Assembly: GCA_963823555.1 (NCBI GenBank)
Contig: CAWGMA010000004.1
Location: 1 to 64,000 of the forward strand
DNA from: Candidatus Eiseniibacteriota bacterium
GTDB lineage: Bacteria > Eisenbacteria > RBG-16-71-46 > CAVPCR01
Length of the DNA: 64,000 nt
Direction: 5' to 3'
Within the stretch, counting starts at the first letter, position 1, and each line of letters starts with the position of its first letter. Below the pieces are notes generated by a model. The model did not search any database. It was not told where the DNA came from and saw only the letters and a list, made by a program, of their open reading frames with translations. Shown here piece by piece: positions 38,673-51,037 of the stretch. The position numbers and the translations under genes were made by a program.

Positions 38673-39665
38673 TCAGTACCCGTAGTCGACGGGGTGGGCG
38701 AAGGCATGTTCCCGCACCTTGAGCCGCTCGAGCCGCTCGGCGCCGAGCCGCTCGATGTAGGCCCTGCGGTCGGCCACGCCGGTCACCGTCTGGTAGAGCC
38801 AGTCGTCGAAGCCCTCCGGTGTGCGTGAGAGCTGCTCGTACTCCGAATAGACGTCGTGGTCGCGGCTGCTGAAACCCTGCACCGGCGAGGGGTGGGATCC
38901 CCATGGCTCGTGCACGACGGCGCTGACCAGGAATCCAGGGAAGATCACCCGGTTCGGATCCGAGAGAATGACTTCTTCCGGAACGATCTCCTCGGCAACG
39001 ACAATGACCGCCCGGGCGGCATGCGCGGCTTCGATACTCACGCCAAAGCTGCCCCAGTTGTGGGTGTTGCCGTAGATATCGCTGCGCTGGACGGGGAGAA
39101 TCGAGACATCGGGGCGAATCGCCTCGACCGCGACGAGCTTGTTCCCGCCGAAGGGGGGGGAGTAGGGAGCGAGCCCGGCGTTGTGACCGAGGAGGGCCGT
39201 ACCCAGGGTGGAGCGCGTGGGCAGATAGGGGACACCCAGCGCCCCGGCCGTGAGCGCCAGCGACATCGTCAGGTTCGAGTAGTCGACCACCTCGACAGCG
39301 CGCGGGATCCGATGCTCGAGCGCCCGCCGGAAGCAGCGTGCCGACCCCATCATCACGTTCCCGATCCACGCGGCCCGCACGCGAGCCACCACCCCGGCGC
39401 CGATCATCTGATCGAAGAGGATGTCCGAGATCGGGCCGATGAGCTCGAGGTCGCTGCGCTGCTGGCGGATGATCTCGTGCGCCGCGGCGAATGGGATCTT
39501 CTGCTCCATGAAGGTGCCGAGGGCGACCGAGGCGCCGTCGGGCACGAAGCGCGCAATGGCCTCGGCCATGGAGACGAGCTTCGAGGGCCGCTCCTCATCG
39601 CCGGTCGAGAGCAGTGGTTCAACGGGCAGCGAGCTTGGGCTGAAGAAGAGGGAGAACGGAGTCAT
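38673..39665 (-). CDS. CoA-transferase family I subunit A (glutaconate CoA-transferase-like)
   Basis: KLVSMAEAIARFVPDG, PFAAAHEIIRQ, AGALGVPYLP, PWGSHPS; start uncertain. Confidence 0.85.
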   Translation of the reverse strand: MTPFSLFFSPSSLPVEPLLSTGDEERPSKLVSMAEAIARFVPDGASVALGTFMEQKIPFAAAHEIIRQQRSDLELIGPISDILFDQMIGAGVVARVRAAWIGNVMMGSARCFRRALEHRIPRAVEVVDYSNLTMSLALTAGALGVPYLPTRSTLGTALLGHNAGLAPYSPPFGGNKLVAVEAIRPDVSILPVQRSDIYGNTHNWGSFGVSIEAAHAARAVIVVAEEIVPEEVILSDPNRVIFPGFLVSAVVHEPWGSHPSPVQGFSSRDHDVYSEYEQLSRTPEGFDDWLYQTVTGVADRRAYIERLGAERLERLKVREHAFAHPVDYGY

Positions 39666-39910
39666 GCGGGCATTCTAGCCGATTGGAGAGGCGGTTTCAG
39701 GCCTGGCCGGATCCCGCGCGATACCCCGTCATCGAGTCCGATGGAAGCGATGTGTTCTGCCGGGATGTCACCCCTCGAGCTCGGAGCAGGAGAGCTAATC
39801 TCGCCTGGTTGAATGACATCCGATATCGGCCCGGAAGATGCACCTCCTACACCTGGGATCTTCCGAGGCTGATCCTCGATCCGCAGCGCCACCCCCAGTT
39901 CCCGGAGCAG

Positions 39911-41398
39911 ATGACCATGACCACCAAGAAGCTCCTCGTCCCGGTCTGTGCCTTTTGGCTCTTGACGCTCGCCGGCCCCACGCTGACCCCGGCCGCCGCG
40001 GCGCCACGGCCCGATCGCGAAGTGGCGCCGGGCCCCACGACCTATCTCGTGTTCGGACCCGCCGAGCGAATGATGCCGCTCCCATCAGGGGTCGAGGTCC
40101 TCGGCCCGGCCGGCCAGGGCACTCTGGTCCAGGGGCCCGCCGCCCGGGTCGAGATCCTGGCCCAGCGCGGTATGAGCCTCGTCCGTCTGAAGCCGGGTGT
40201 CGACGCCACGGCCCCCCCAGCGCGGCGCTCGATGCCCCCCCTGCCTCCCCGGACCCAGGCCTTCAATCCGCTCGTCGCCGACATCGTGCTCAGAATGTCG
40301 ATCCCCGAAGTGACGGCGACCATCCAGAGGCTTCAGGACTTCGAAACCCGCTACAGCCTCTCCGACAGCTGCCGGGCTGCCGCCATGTACCTCAAGGACC
40401 GCTTCGAGGCCTATGGGTTGCCCACCGTCCTCGACCTCTTCTCGGTCAACGGCCACGTTGCGTACAACGTCATCGCCGAAAAGCAGGGGACCCTGCGGCC
40501 GGAGGAGATCTACATCATCTGCGGACACTATGACTCGATCTCCGGTGATCCCTACGTGGCGGCTCCCGGTGCGGACGACAACGGGAGCGGCACGGCGGCG
40601 GTTGTGGAGGCGGCGCGCGTGCTGGCCAGCACGGACTTCGAGGCGACGATCCGCTTCATCGCCTTTGCCGGTGAAGAGCAGGGGCTCATCGGCAGCGAGG
40701 ACTATGTAACCGGGACCATCGTTCCCAACAACGACGATCTGCGCGCCGTGCTGAACCTCGACATGATCGGGTACGTCCATCCGGATTATCCCGATTGGGA
40801 TGCCAACTGGTATGCGGATCTGGGTGTGTCGCTGGCGCTCGGCGAATACGTGCAGCAGTGCGTGCAGACCTACACCACGTGCACGATGTATCTCACGGTG
40901 ACGCCGGGGCCGCAGTACGGGAGCGATCACTACTGGTTCGCCGCGAACGGCTACCCCGCCGCGTTCGACATCGATGCCCAGCTCTGGGGAGCGCCGGACT
41001 GGAACCCGCACTACCATTCGCCGCAGGATCGGATCGAAACCCTCGATCTCGGCTATGCCACCGAGATGGCGCGCGGAGCCGTGGCGGCGCTCGCCGAGCT
41101 CGCCGTGCCGGCCGAGGGCGCGGCGGTGGCCGAGCCCGGGCCGCTCGCCCTGGCGCCCGCGAGCCCGCTGGCCGCCCCCAACCCATTCCGCAACGGTGTG
41201 GCCTTCGAGGTCGGCAGCGGGCTGGCCCATCTCACGATCGTGGACGTGGCCGGCCGGGTCGTCGCCGAGCTCTCGGGTAGCGATCGCGTGGTCTGGAACG
41301 GGGATGACGCCCGCGGTCGCGCCGTGGCTCCCGGCACCTACTTCTATCGGATCGACGGGGCCGCCGAGACATCGGGGCGCATCGTCCGCGTGCGCTGA
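39911..41398 (+). CDS. Secreted M28-family metallopeptidase with FlgD-Ig domain
   Basis: CGHYDS, PGADDNGSG, GEEQGLIGS, NLDMIG, SDH, YHSPQD; APNPF..WNGDD..GTYFY. Confidence 0.9.
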   Translation: MTMTTKKLLVPVCAFWLLTLAGPTLTPAAAAPRPDREVAPGPTTYLVFGPAERMMPLPSGVEVLGPAGQGTLVQGPAARVEILAQRGMSLVRLKPGVDATAPPARRSMPPLPPRTQAFNPLVADIVLRMSIPEVTATIQRLQDFETRYSLSDSCRAAAMYLKDRFEAYGLPTVLDLFSVNGHVAYNVIAEKQGTLRPEEIYIICGHYDSISGDPYVAAPGADDNGSGTAAVVEAARVLASTDFEATIRFIAFAGEEQGLIGSEDYVTGTIVPNNDDLRAVLNLDMIGYVHPDYPDWDANWYADLGVSLALGEYVQQCVQTYTTCTMYLTVTPGPQYGSDHYWFAANGYPAAFDIDAQLWGAPDWNPHYHSPQDRIETLDLGYATEMARGAVAALAELAVPAEGAAVAEPGPLALAPASPLAAPNPFRNGVAFEVGSGLAHLTIVDVAGRVVAELSGSDRVVWNGDDARGRAVAPGTYFYRIDGAAETSGRIVRVR

Positions 41399-41497
41399 CC
41401 TGACGGCAACACCCCATCGGGCGCAATTCCGAAAGTCCCGCGGTCGGCTCCGTCGGAGGCTTGACGCATGCCGGGGCCGGGGCGATCCTCCGTCGCC

Positions 41498-42355
41498 ATG
41501 GACCAGGCCCTTCCCGTCACCGACATCCATATCCACGTTCAGCCCTGGGACGAGCTCAGGCCGGAGGCAGCGGCCCGGATGGCGCACGGCCGCGATCTCG
41601 ACCTCGTCCTCGAAGTCATGCGCGATCCTGAGCGGCTGCTGCGGCTGATGGATGACGCCGGCGTCGATCGCGTCGGGCTCATCAACTACGTGAGTCCGGA
41701 GGTGATGGGCTTCACGGCGCGGGTCAATGAGTTCGTCACCGCCTATGCTCGTCACGCCCCGGATCGCCTGATTCCCTTCGGGTCGGTGCATCCCCATTTC
41801 ACTCGTGATCCCGGCGGCGAAGTCGACCGCATCGCCGATCTCGGAGTCCGTGCTCTCAAGATCCACCCTCCGCACCAGCTCCTGGCGCCGAACGCGTATC
41901 GCGACGGGGGCGACTGCTCCGGCCTTGCCGCCGTCTACGAGCGCGCTGTTGCGCGGCGGCTGCCCGTCATGATTCACACCGGGACCTCGGTGTTCCCCGG
42001 TGCGCGCAACAAGTACGCCGACCCGATGGCCATCGACGATGTGGCGGTGGACTATCCGGAACTCCCCATCATCATGGCGCACGGCGGCCGGCCGCTCTAC
42101 ATGGAGACTTGCTTCTTCCTGCTGCGCCGGCATCCGAACGTGTTCATGGATGTATCGGGGATTCCACCACGGAATCTCCTGACCTACTTCCCGCGTCTCG
42201 TCTCGGTGGCGGAGAAGACCCTGTGGGGTACCGACTGGCCCGGGCCCATGGTGCCCGATCTGAAGACCAATCTCTCGACCTTCCGGGCCCTGGGACTGCC
42301 GGCCGAGGTCGAGGCGGCGATCCTCTCCACCACGGCCAGCCGGTTGTTCGGCTGA
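41498..42355 (+). CDS. Amidohydrolase_2-family protein
   Basis: DIHIH, LKIHP, IHTG, MAHGG, WGTDWP. Confidence 0.88.
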   Translation: MDQALPVTDIHIHVQPWDELRPEAAARMAHGRDLDLVLEVMRDPERLLRLMDDAGVDRVGLINYVSPEVMGFTARVNEFVTAYARHAPDRLIPFGSVHPHFTRDPGGEVDRIADLGVRALKIHPPHQLLAPNAYRDGGDCSGLAAVYERAVARRLPVMIHTGTSVFPGARNKYADPMAIDDVAVDYPELPIIMAHGGRPLYMETCFFLLRRHPNVFMDVSGIPPRNLLTYFPRLVSVAEKTLWGTDWPGPMVPDLKTNLSTFRALGLPAEVEAAILSTTASRLFG

Positions 42356-42366
42356 GACAGGGAGCG

Positions 42367-42404
42367 AAAAAGAGCCGGCGGGGATCCACTCCCCGCCGGC
42401 TCTC
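42367..42404 (-). terminator. Rho-independent terminator between convergent genes
   Basis: AAAAAGAGCCGGCGGGGA-TCCAC-TCCCCGCCGGCTCT hairpin with a U-tract on the minus strand. Confidence 0.8.
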
Positions 42405-42430
42405 ATCTCGCCGTTCTGGCGCTGCGTCGT

Positions 42431-43471
42431 CTAGCGGTACCGCGACTTGATCTGTCCCCAGGTGCTCTCCTCGACCGGGGACAGGCAGACCCCGACGAAG
42501 GGAGGCGGGGCGATGATGTGGAAGTCGGCCGGCTGGCCGATCGTGCCGCAGCCCACATCCAGATTCAGGTCGGAGTAGATCACGTAGTTCGCTCCACCCT
42601 CGACCAGGGCCAGCCCCCAGGGCCGGTTCGAGCTCTGGCCGGGGCCAACGCACGGCGTGTTGGCGATCGAGCAATCCCCGAGCAGGGTCACGCCTTCGGT
42701 GGTCGCCGACGGGTTGTCGTCCTGGAACACGACCATCTGCGTGTCGCCGAGATTGTTCGAATCCTGGCGCATGGCGAGGAGCGTGCAGTCCTGACTGTTG
42801 TACTCGAGCCCGGCCGAGCTGACCGCGCTGGGGCCGCCCGGCCACGGCGTGTCGAACGGTCCCTGGGTGAGCACGGGCGGATCCTGGTTGATGTCGATCT
42901 CGACGAATCGCGAGAGGGTTCCGGTCGGGTTGTTGCGCAGGATGCCCCACAGGTGGCCGTTCGCGGCATCCATCGCGAGACCCGAGAACTGCATGTCGAG
43001 TCCGGTGTCCGGATCCGGGAAGCTATAGGTCCCGATCACATTGAAGGTGGCGTCCAGATGGTAGAGCTTCGGCAGCTGGGGTCCGGTGGCGCTGTACCAC
43101 GTTCCCACCCAGGAGTCGCCCTCGCCGATGCCCCAGGCGAACCCACGGGTCAGGGGGCCCGGGAAGTCGGGTCCGGTGATATCGGTCACAACCGGCGAAC
43201 TGCAGATGCCATCGATGACGATGATGCTGTTGACCGTTGTGACGAAGCCAACCTGGCCGTTGGGATTCCATTCCCCGTCGGCGATGTAGCCACCGCCGGC
43301 GGCCGTCAGATCCCATTCCCCGCAGTAGACATCATCCGTGCAGGGAGCGGCAGAGAACATCGGTACTCCCGGAGCGGGGTCCCCCGGGCTGTGCATGTCC
43401 GTGGCCATGGCGGCGCCGGCCAGCGCCATCACGGCGGTCGCGATTCCGATCGCAAACAAGATCCTCATCAT
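42431..43471 (-). CDS. Secreted hypothetical (propeller-like) protein with TWGQIK tail
   Basis: RBS AAGGAGG, signal peptide, ends SPVEESTWGQIKSRYR. Confidence 0.82.
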   Translation of the reverse strand: MMRILFAIGIATAVMALAGAAMATDMHSPGDPAPGVPMFSAAPCTDDVYCGEWDLTAAGGGYIADGEWNPNGQVGFVTTVNSIIVIDGICSSPVVTDITGPDFPGPLTRGFAWGIGEGDSWVGTWYSATGPQLPKLYHLDATFNVIGTYSFPDPDTGLDMQFSGLAMDAANGHLWGILRNNPTGTLSRFVEIDINQDPPVLTQGPFDTPWPGGPSAVSSAGLEYNSQDCTLLAMRQDSNNLGDTQMVVFQDDNPSATTEGVTLLGDCSIANTPCVGPGQSSNRPWGLALVEGGANYVIYSDLNLDVGCGTIGQPADFHIIAPPPFVGVCLSPVEESTWGQIKSRYR

Positions 43472-43671
43472 GGCCTCCTTCTGAGACAGAAAATCGGCCC
43501 TACATGGCTCGCCTGCGTTATCGGTGCTTGGGCGGAGGTGCTTGACCCGGAAGTCAGGCAGTCGCCGGGGAATATACCCCCGGACCCGGGTCGGGGGGAT
43601 GGAATCTGGAAATCCTGGAGGGGGCGACCACTCGCTGCCCCGACGCCGGCCACTCCATCTATAATGCGGCG

Positions 43672-44295
43672 ATGGCCTCGATTGGAGCCGGAAAGAAAGG
43701 TGGATCGGGCTTCCGGGCGGCGGCCCTCGACGTCGCGGGCCTGCCCGACGACGCCCTCGTCGCCCGCTGCCGCGCCGGGGAGGGGCGGGCGTGGGAGGCC
43801 ATCGTCCGCCGTTACCGCCGGCTCGTCTATGCGATTCCGGTGCGCTTCGGCCTCGCTCCGGAGGAGGCCGACGATGTTTTCCAGAGCACCTTCGTGCGCC
43901 TCGTGGAGCGGCTGGACACCCTGCGGGAGCCGAGGCGGCTCCGCGCCTGGCTCGTCACCACCGCCCGCCGTCTGAGTCTTGATGCGGTGACGCGCCGCAA
44001 GGCCGCCTCCGAGAGCGAAGCGATCCTGGCGGCGATTCCCGATCCGGGCCCGATGGCCGAAGAGGAGCTGTCTCGCCTCGAGGAGCAGCATCTGGTGCGC
44101 CGGGCCTTCGAGCGGCTTCCCGAGCGCTGCCGGACCCTGCTCGATCTCCTCTACTACGCCGCGGACGAGCCATCCTACGAGTTGATCGGTGCTCGCCTCC
44201 AGATGCCGCTCGGCTCGATCGGGCCCACGCGGGCGCGTTGCCTCGAGAAGCTGCTCCGTCTCTACGAGGAGTTCGCCGCCGGGGAGGAAGGCTGA
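43672..44295 (+). CDS. ECF sigma-70 factor (CHAT-associated type)
   Basis: AWEAIVRRY, ADDVFQ, AWLVTTARR, GSIGPTRARCLEKL; TATAAT at 43659. Confidence 0.9.
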   Translation: MASIGAGKKGGSGFRAAALDVAGLPDDALVARCRAGEGRAWEAIVRRYRRLVYAIPVRFGLAPEEADDVFQSTFVRLVERLDTLREPRRLRAWLVTTARRLSLDAVTRRKAASESEAILAAIPDPGPMAEEELSRLEEQHLVRRAFERLPERCRTLLDLLYYAADEPSYELIGARLQMPLGSIGPTRARCLEKLLRLYEEFAAGEEG

Positions 44296-44434
44296 TGGCC
44301 GACGCCTGGGGCGGGGGTATTTTCGCGGCCGGAGGCCGGTCTGTCGGTTGCTGGAAGGCCCCTGTGGCTGGGGATCCGCGCTCGGTCTGAGAGCGAGAGC
44401 CAAGAGAAATCGTGTCCCTGGGAATGATCATCCG

Positions 44435-45088
44435 ATGAAGCACGCTTCCATCGCCGAACTTCTGGATCACGCCGAAGGGCGGTCCGAGGCAAGTCTCCGC
44501 GCGAGCCTCGAGGAGCACCTGGCCCGCTGTGCCGAGTGTGCGGCCGAGCTCGACACCGTCCGACGTTTGACGGGGCTGATGCGAGCCGATCGGACTCCTG
44601 AGCCGCCGGAGTCCCTGGTCCGCGCCGCAGTCCATCTCTTCCAGCCGGAAGCCCTTTCTGCCCGGGTCCGGGCCTGGCTCGGGGATCTGACCGCGACGGT
44701 TGCCCGGCTGGTCTTCGATTCCAGCGCGCAGCCGGCATTCGCGGCGGCCCGCGGCACGCCCGCGGCGCGGCGGCTGCGGTTCGCCGCCGAGGGACTCGAG
44801 CTCGACCTCGAGATCGATCGACGCGGTGGCCGGTCCCATCTTACCGGCCAGCTGACAAGACACTCCGGCACCGCCGTGGAAGCCCTGGCTGGGGCTCGCT
44901 ATCTCGTCTTCGCCGGGGACTCACCGCTGGTCGAGGGCACGACGGACGCCCTCGGCGAGTTCACGGCCACCATCGATGATCGGCCGGGACTCTCCCTCAT
45001 GGCCGCCACTGAGCAGCGCGCCGTCCGGTTCCCGTTGCCGACCGGCCTCGCCGCCGAGGACGCCACCGCCGAATCCGGCGGCGAGTGA
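44435..45088 (+). CDS. Putative zf-HC2 anti-sigma factor
   Basis: EEHLARCAEC; ARLVFDS..AARG..RRLRF C-terminal region. Confidence 0.8.
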   Translation: MKHASIAELLDHAEGRSEASLRASLEEHLARCAECAAELDTVRRLTGLMRADRTPEPPESLVRAAVHLFQPEALSARVRAWLGDLTATVARLVFDSSAQPAFAAARGTPAARRLRFAAEGLELDLEIDRRGGRSHLTGQLTRHSGTAVEALAGARYLVFAGDSPLVEGTTDALGEFTATIDDRPGLSLMAATEQRAVRFPLPTGLAAEDATAESGGE

Positions 45089-45092
45089 ACCC

Positions 45093-47960
45093 ATGGCCGC
45101 GACCGGGCTCGCCGGATCCGTTCTCGCCGCTCCGTCCACGGCAGCGGCCGCGACCCTGGCCACGTCCCTGGATCAGGCGACTCGCTCCTCGCTCGTCGAG
45201 GAACTCGCCGCGGAGGTGCTCCGCCTCATTCGCGTCGATCCGCAGCAGGCGCTCGTCGTGGCCGAGCGACAAGCCGCGATCGCGTGTGGTCACGAGAGGC
45301 TGGAGGCGCGAGCCACATGGTCACGGGCCCACGCGCTGGTGAACCTGGCGCGGCCGGCCGAGGCCGCCGACCACTATGCGCGCGCCGCGGTGGCCTATCG
45401 CCACCTCGGCGATCCCGTGGTCGCCGCGCGGACCGCCCTCGGTCACGTCGACGCGCTCATGTACCTGGGTCGCTACGACGAGGCGATCACGGTCGGAAAG
45501 TCCGCGCGGCGCGTGCTCCAGCGCCACGGCGAGGTCCGCTCCCTGTTTCGCCTCGACACCAATCTCGCCAATATCCTCCATCGCGTCGATCGTCCGGCCG
45601 CGGCGCTCAGAGCCTATGACCGTGCGCTCGCGAGCGCACGGGGCCTCGGCGACGAGGCGGCATCCCGCTGGATTCGCTTCAACCGCGCCAATGTGCTGAC
45701 CAGTCTTGGTAGGTACGAGCGGGCCGACGCCACCTATCGCGAGGTCCGCCAGGAGGCCGAGAGTGCCGGCGAGACCCGCGTGGTCGCCCTCGTCGATTAC
45801 AGCCTTGGCTATCTGCGACTGCAGCGCAGCGAATACGGGCAGGCCTTCGCGACCCTGGACTCGGCGCGCGCCGCCTTCGAATCGCTCGGCGATGCGCATT
45901 ATCTGGCCCTCTGTCATCTCGATCTCGCTGAGCTCTTTCTCGAGATCAACAGCTTCGTCCGCGCCCGGCAGCAGGCCAGTCGGGCCCGCTCGCTCTTCTC
46001 CCGCGCCGGACTGCGCTACGAGAGCGCGAAAGCCACCCTGTTCCTGGGCGTCGCCACGCTCGGTCTCGGCGATGACAAGCCGGCGCTCCTCCTGCTGCGT
46101 GAGGCGGCCCGTGCCTTCAGGCGGGAAGGGAACCGCGTTTCGGAGGCGCTGTGCGGTCTCTATGCCGGCGAGGTCGCGCGCCGAGCAGGTCAGGTGCGGC
46201 TGGCCGAGAACCGCTTCCGCGCCGCCGAGGAGCGCTTCGCCGCTGAGAAGTTCCGGCTCCGCGCCGCCGCGGCGGCGTTGCGCCGGGCCCGGCTCGCCAT
46301 CCAGCACCGGGAGCGCGTGCGCGCCGAGCGCCACCTTGGCGACGCGCGACGCTTCCTGCGCGGGCTCGATTCCCCGTGGCTGCGCGCCCAGCACGACCAT
46401 CTGCGCGGACGGATTCACCTGCAAGAGGGCCGGTTTGGACCCGCGTTCCGTGAGGTGCGGCGGGCGATCGACGGCATCGAAACCGCCAGGCGGCGGATCG
46501 GGCTCGACGAGTTCCGGGTGAGCTATGCCGCCGACAAGGCGCCGGTGTATGCCGACATGGTCGAGATCATCCTGCGTTCGCGCCCGGGTCCGCGCGCTGT
46601 GAGCGAGTCCTTTGCCGTCGTCGAGCGCGCTCGCTCCCGGGCGCTGGTGGATCTCCTCGCCGGGCGTCTCGCCGGCGCCGGTGACCGCCTCGATCCGGCG
46701 GGACGCCGGCTACTCAGCCGGCTCGATCAGCTCAAGGGTGAGTTGAGCTGGCTTGCCGGCGCCGAACTGGGTGAACCGGGTCGCCGCAACGAGGCGCGCC
46801 TGGCCCGCTCGCGTGCAGCCCTCCGTGCCCGCGAGGCGGAGATCGCCGACATCATGCAACGCCTGGCGCGAAGGAGCGCCGACCTGGGTGCGCTCACTCA
46901 AGGAGAGACGATCACTCTCCAAGATGTGCAGTCGCGCTTGACCGCCGGCAGCGTCCTGGTCGAGTACTACCTGGCCGGAGAGGAAGCGCGGGCGTTCATC
47001 GTCGAGAAGGACCGAGCTCGGGTCGTCACGCTCGACGGAGCTCCGGCCGAGATCGCCGCGGCGATCGAGCGGCTCCGCTTCCAGATCGAGAAGTGGGGTT
47101 ACGGAGACGCCTATGCGCGGGGACGGGAAGCCCTGTTCCTGGCCGGTGTCCGGCACCACCTGGACAAGCTGGCCGAGCTCGTCTGGCGCCCGCTCGACAT
47201 CGACGCGGGCCGTCTCGTCATCGTCCCCCATGGCTGTCTCCACTCGCTACCCTTCCCGGCCCTGCCCGTGGACGATCGGGGTGTGAAGGATGGCGGGAAG
47301 GTCCTCGTCGACCAGGCCGAGATCACCATCCTGCCGAGCGCCAGCACGATCCGTTACTTGCGTCAGGGCGCATATGACGACGAATCGCCGTCCGCTCTCG
47401 TCATTGGCGTGGAGGACGAGCGGATTCCCAAGGTGCGCGAGGAAGTGGAACGCGTACGGTCGCTGTTTCCGGGAGCGCGGGTGCTCCGCAATCGCGAGGC
47501 CACGCTGACCGCCTTCGCCACGGCCGCGCCGACCGCCGATTTTCTGCACATCGCGGCCCATGGCATCTTTCGCGAGGATGATCCGCATTTCTCGGCGCTC
47601 CGTCTCGCCGATGGCTGGCTCAGCCTGTACGACCTGTATGCCCTCAGGCTCCGGGCGCGGCTTGCCGTGCTCTCCGCCTGTCAGAGCGGGCGCAGCTGGG
47701 TCGGCGGTGGCGACGAGATGGTGGGGCTGGTGCGGGGGTTCCTCTTCGCCGGCGCGGAGTCCCTGCTCGTGAGCCTATGGCCGGTCCATGACACGACCAC
47801 CGCCGATCTGATGGGCGCCTTCTATCGGGCCTTGCGTCAGGGGGAGCCTGCCTCCGCGGCGCTGCGCAGCGCGATGCGTGCCGTGCGCGACGAGCATCCG
47901 CATCCCTATCACTGGGCCTCGTTCACGCTCATCGGTCCGGGCGGCGCGCTCGCGGTCTGA
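45093..47960 (+). CDS. TPR-CHAT (caspase-like) protease
   Basis: TPR repeats, ERARSRAL, LVIVPHG.LH.LPF.AL, LHIAAHG, LSACQSG, SLWPV, HPYHWASF. Confidence 0.92.
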   Translation: MAATGLAGSVLAAPSTAAAATLATSLDQATRSSLVEELAAEVLRLIRVDPQQALVVAERQAAIACGHERLEARATWSRAHALVNLARPAEAADHYARAAVAYRHLGDPVVAARTALGHVDALMYLGRYDEAITVGKSARRVLQRHGEVRSLFRLDTNLANILHRVDRPAAALRAYDRALASARGLGDEAASRWIRFNRANVLTSLGRYERADATYREVRQEAESAGETRVVALVDYSLGYLRLQRSEYGQAFATLDSARAAFESLGDAHYLALCHLDLAELFLEINSFVRARQQASRARSLFSRAGLRYESAKATLFLGVATLGLGDDKPALLLLREAARAFRREGNRVSEALCGLYAGEVARRAGQVRLAENRFRAAEERFAAEKFRLRAAAAALRRARLAIQHRERVRAERHLGDARRFLRGLDSPWLRAQHDHLRGRIHLQEGRFGPAFREVRRAIDGIETARRRIGLDEFRVSYAADKAPVYADMVEIILRSRPGPRAVSESFAVVERARSRALVDLLAGRLAGAGDRLDPAGRRLLSRLDQLKGELSWLAGAELGEPGRRNEARLARSRAALRAREAEIADIMQRLARRSADLGALTQGETITLQDVQSRLTAGSVLVEYYLAGEEARAFIVEKDRARVVTLDGAPAEIAAAIERLRFQIEKWGYGDAYARGREALFLAGVRHHLDKLAELVWRPLDIDAGRLVIVPHGCLHSLPFPALPVDDRGVKDGGKVLVDQAEITILPSASTIRYLRQGAYDDESPSALVIGVEDERIPKVREEVERVRSLFPGARVLRNREATLTAFATAAPTADFLHIAAHGIFREDDPHFSALRLADGWLSLYDLYALRLRARLAVLSACQSGRSWVGGGDEMVGLVRGFLFAGAESLLVSLWPVHDTTTADLMGAFYRALRQGEPASAALRSAMRAVRDEHPHPYHWASFTLIGPGGALAV

Positions 47961-48041
47961 CGCTGCGCTCGTGGTCCCCGGCTGCGCCTCTCCGCGGTCG
48001 CGCTCCTCAGCGGTCGCGCTGTCCTCCGCGGCTGTGCTCGC

Positions 48042-50206
<2,165 letters not shown>

Positions 50207-50210
<4 letters not shown>

Positions 50211-50998
50211 GCCCGGGATCCTATCGTGTGTCCGCCCTGAGGCAACGGGCTTTGCTCGATGAGCAGCCGGGGACGGAACCCCGCCGCATCGCAGGATGCG
50301 AGCACGTAACGCACGCCGTCTTGTTCACCGACGAAGCCGAGCGGGATCCCGGGTCCGTGTAGATGTCCGTAGACGCAGACGCGAGGCCGGTAGGCGGTAA
50401 TCGTGGGGGAGAAGGCCGTGGGCCGGGCATCGGCATAGAGCGGCGGAAAGTGCATGCAGGCGATGCGTACCGAGCCCGGATCGCGTGCCATCCCCTCGGC
50501 CGCAGCGACACTGCGCTTGAGCCGCTCGGCGTCGCGAGCGACGAGATCCGGGCGATAGCTCTCGAGTCCCATCTCACCCTCTGCTCCCGGCCCCACGGCG
50601 AGCGCTGGGGCCTCGGCCGCCGTCCAGCCCCTGACCCCTGCGATCACGTACGGCCCCTCGCGGTGGGCGCTGCCGTGGTGCAGGAAGCCGGTGAACGAAG
50701 GAAACGGGGCGAAGAGTTCACGGAGTTTGGTCCGGCTCGCCGGCCACCAGTGATCGTGGTTCCCCTGGAGGAGGACCTTGCGCCCGGGGCGGGCATCGAT
50801 CCAGGCCAGGTCATCGAGCGCCTCGGCCGGGCGGGTGGCCCAGGAGATGTCGCCGATCACGAGCACCACGTCCGCAGGCGCAACCGCTTCGTCCCAGGCT
50901 TGAGCCAGGGGCGCGGGATGGCCGCTCCAGCCGAAGCGGTCCATGTCCTTGCCCCGGGCGGACGGCAGGTGGAGATCACCGATGGCAAACAGACGCAC
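50207..50998 (-). CDS. Calcineurin-like metallophosphoesterase
   Basis: DLH, GDISW, GNHD, GHLH. Confidence 0.88.
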
Positions 50999-51037
50999 GG
51001 CGGGAGTCTATCCTGACGGCGGCGCAAGAGGAAGGTG

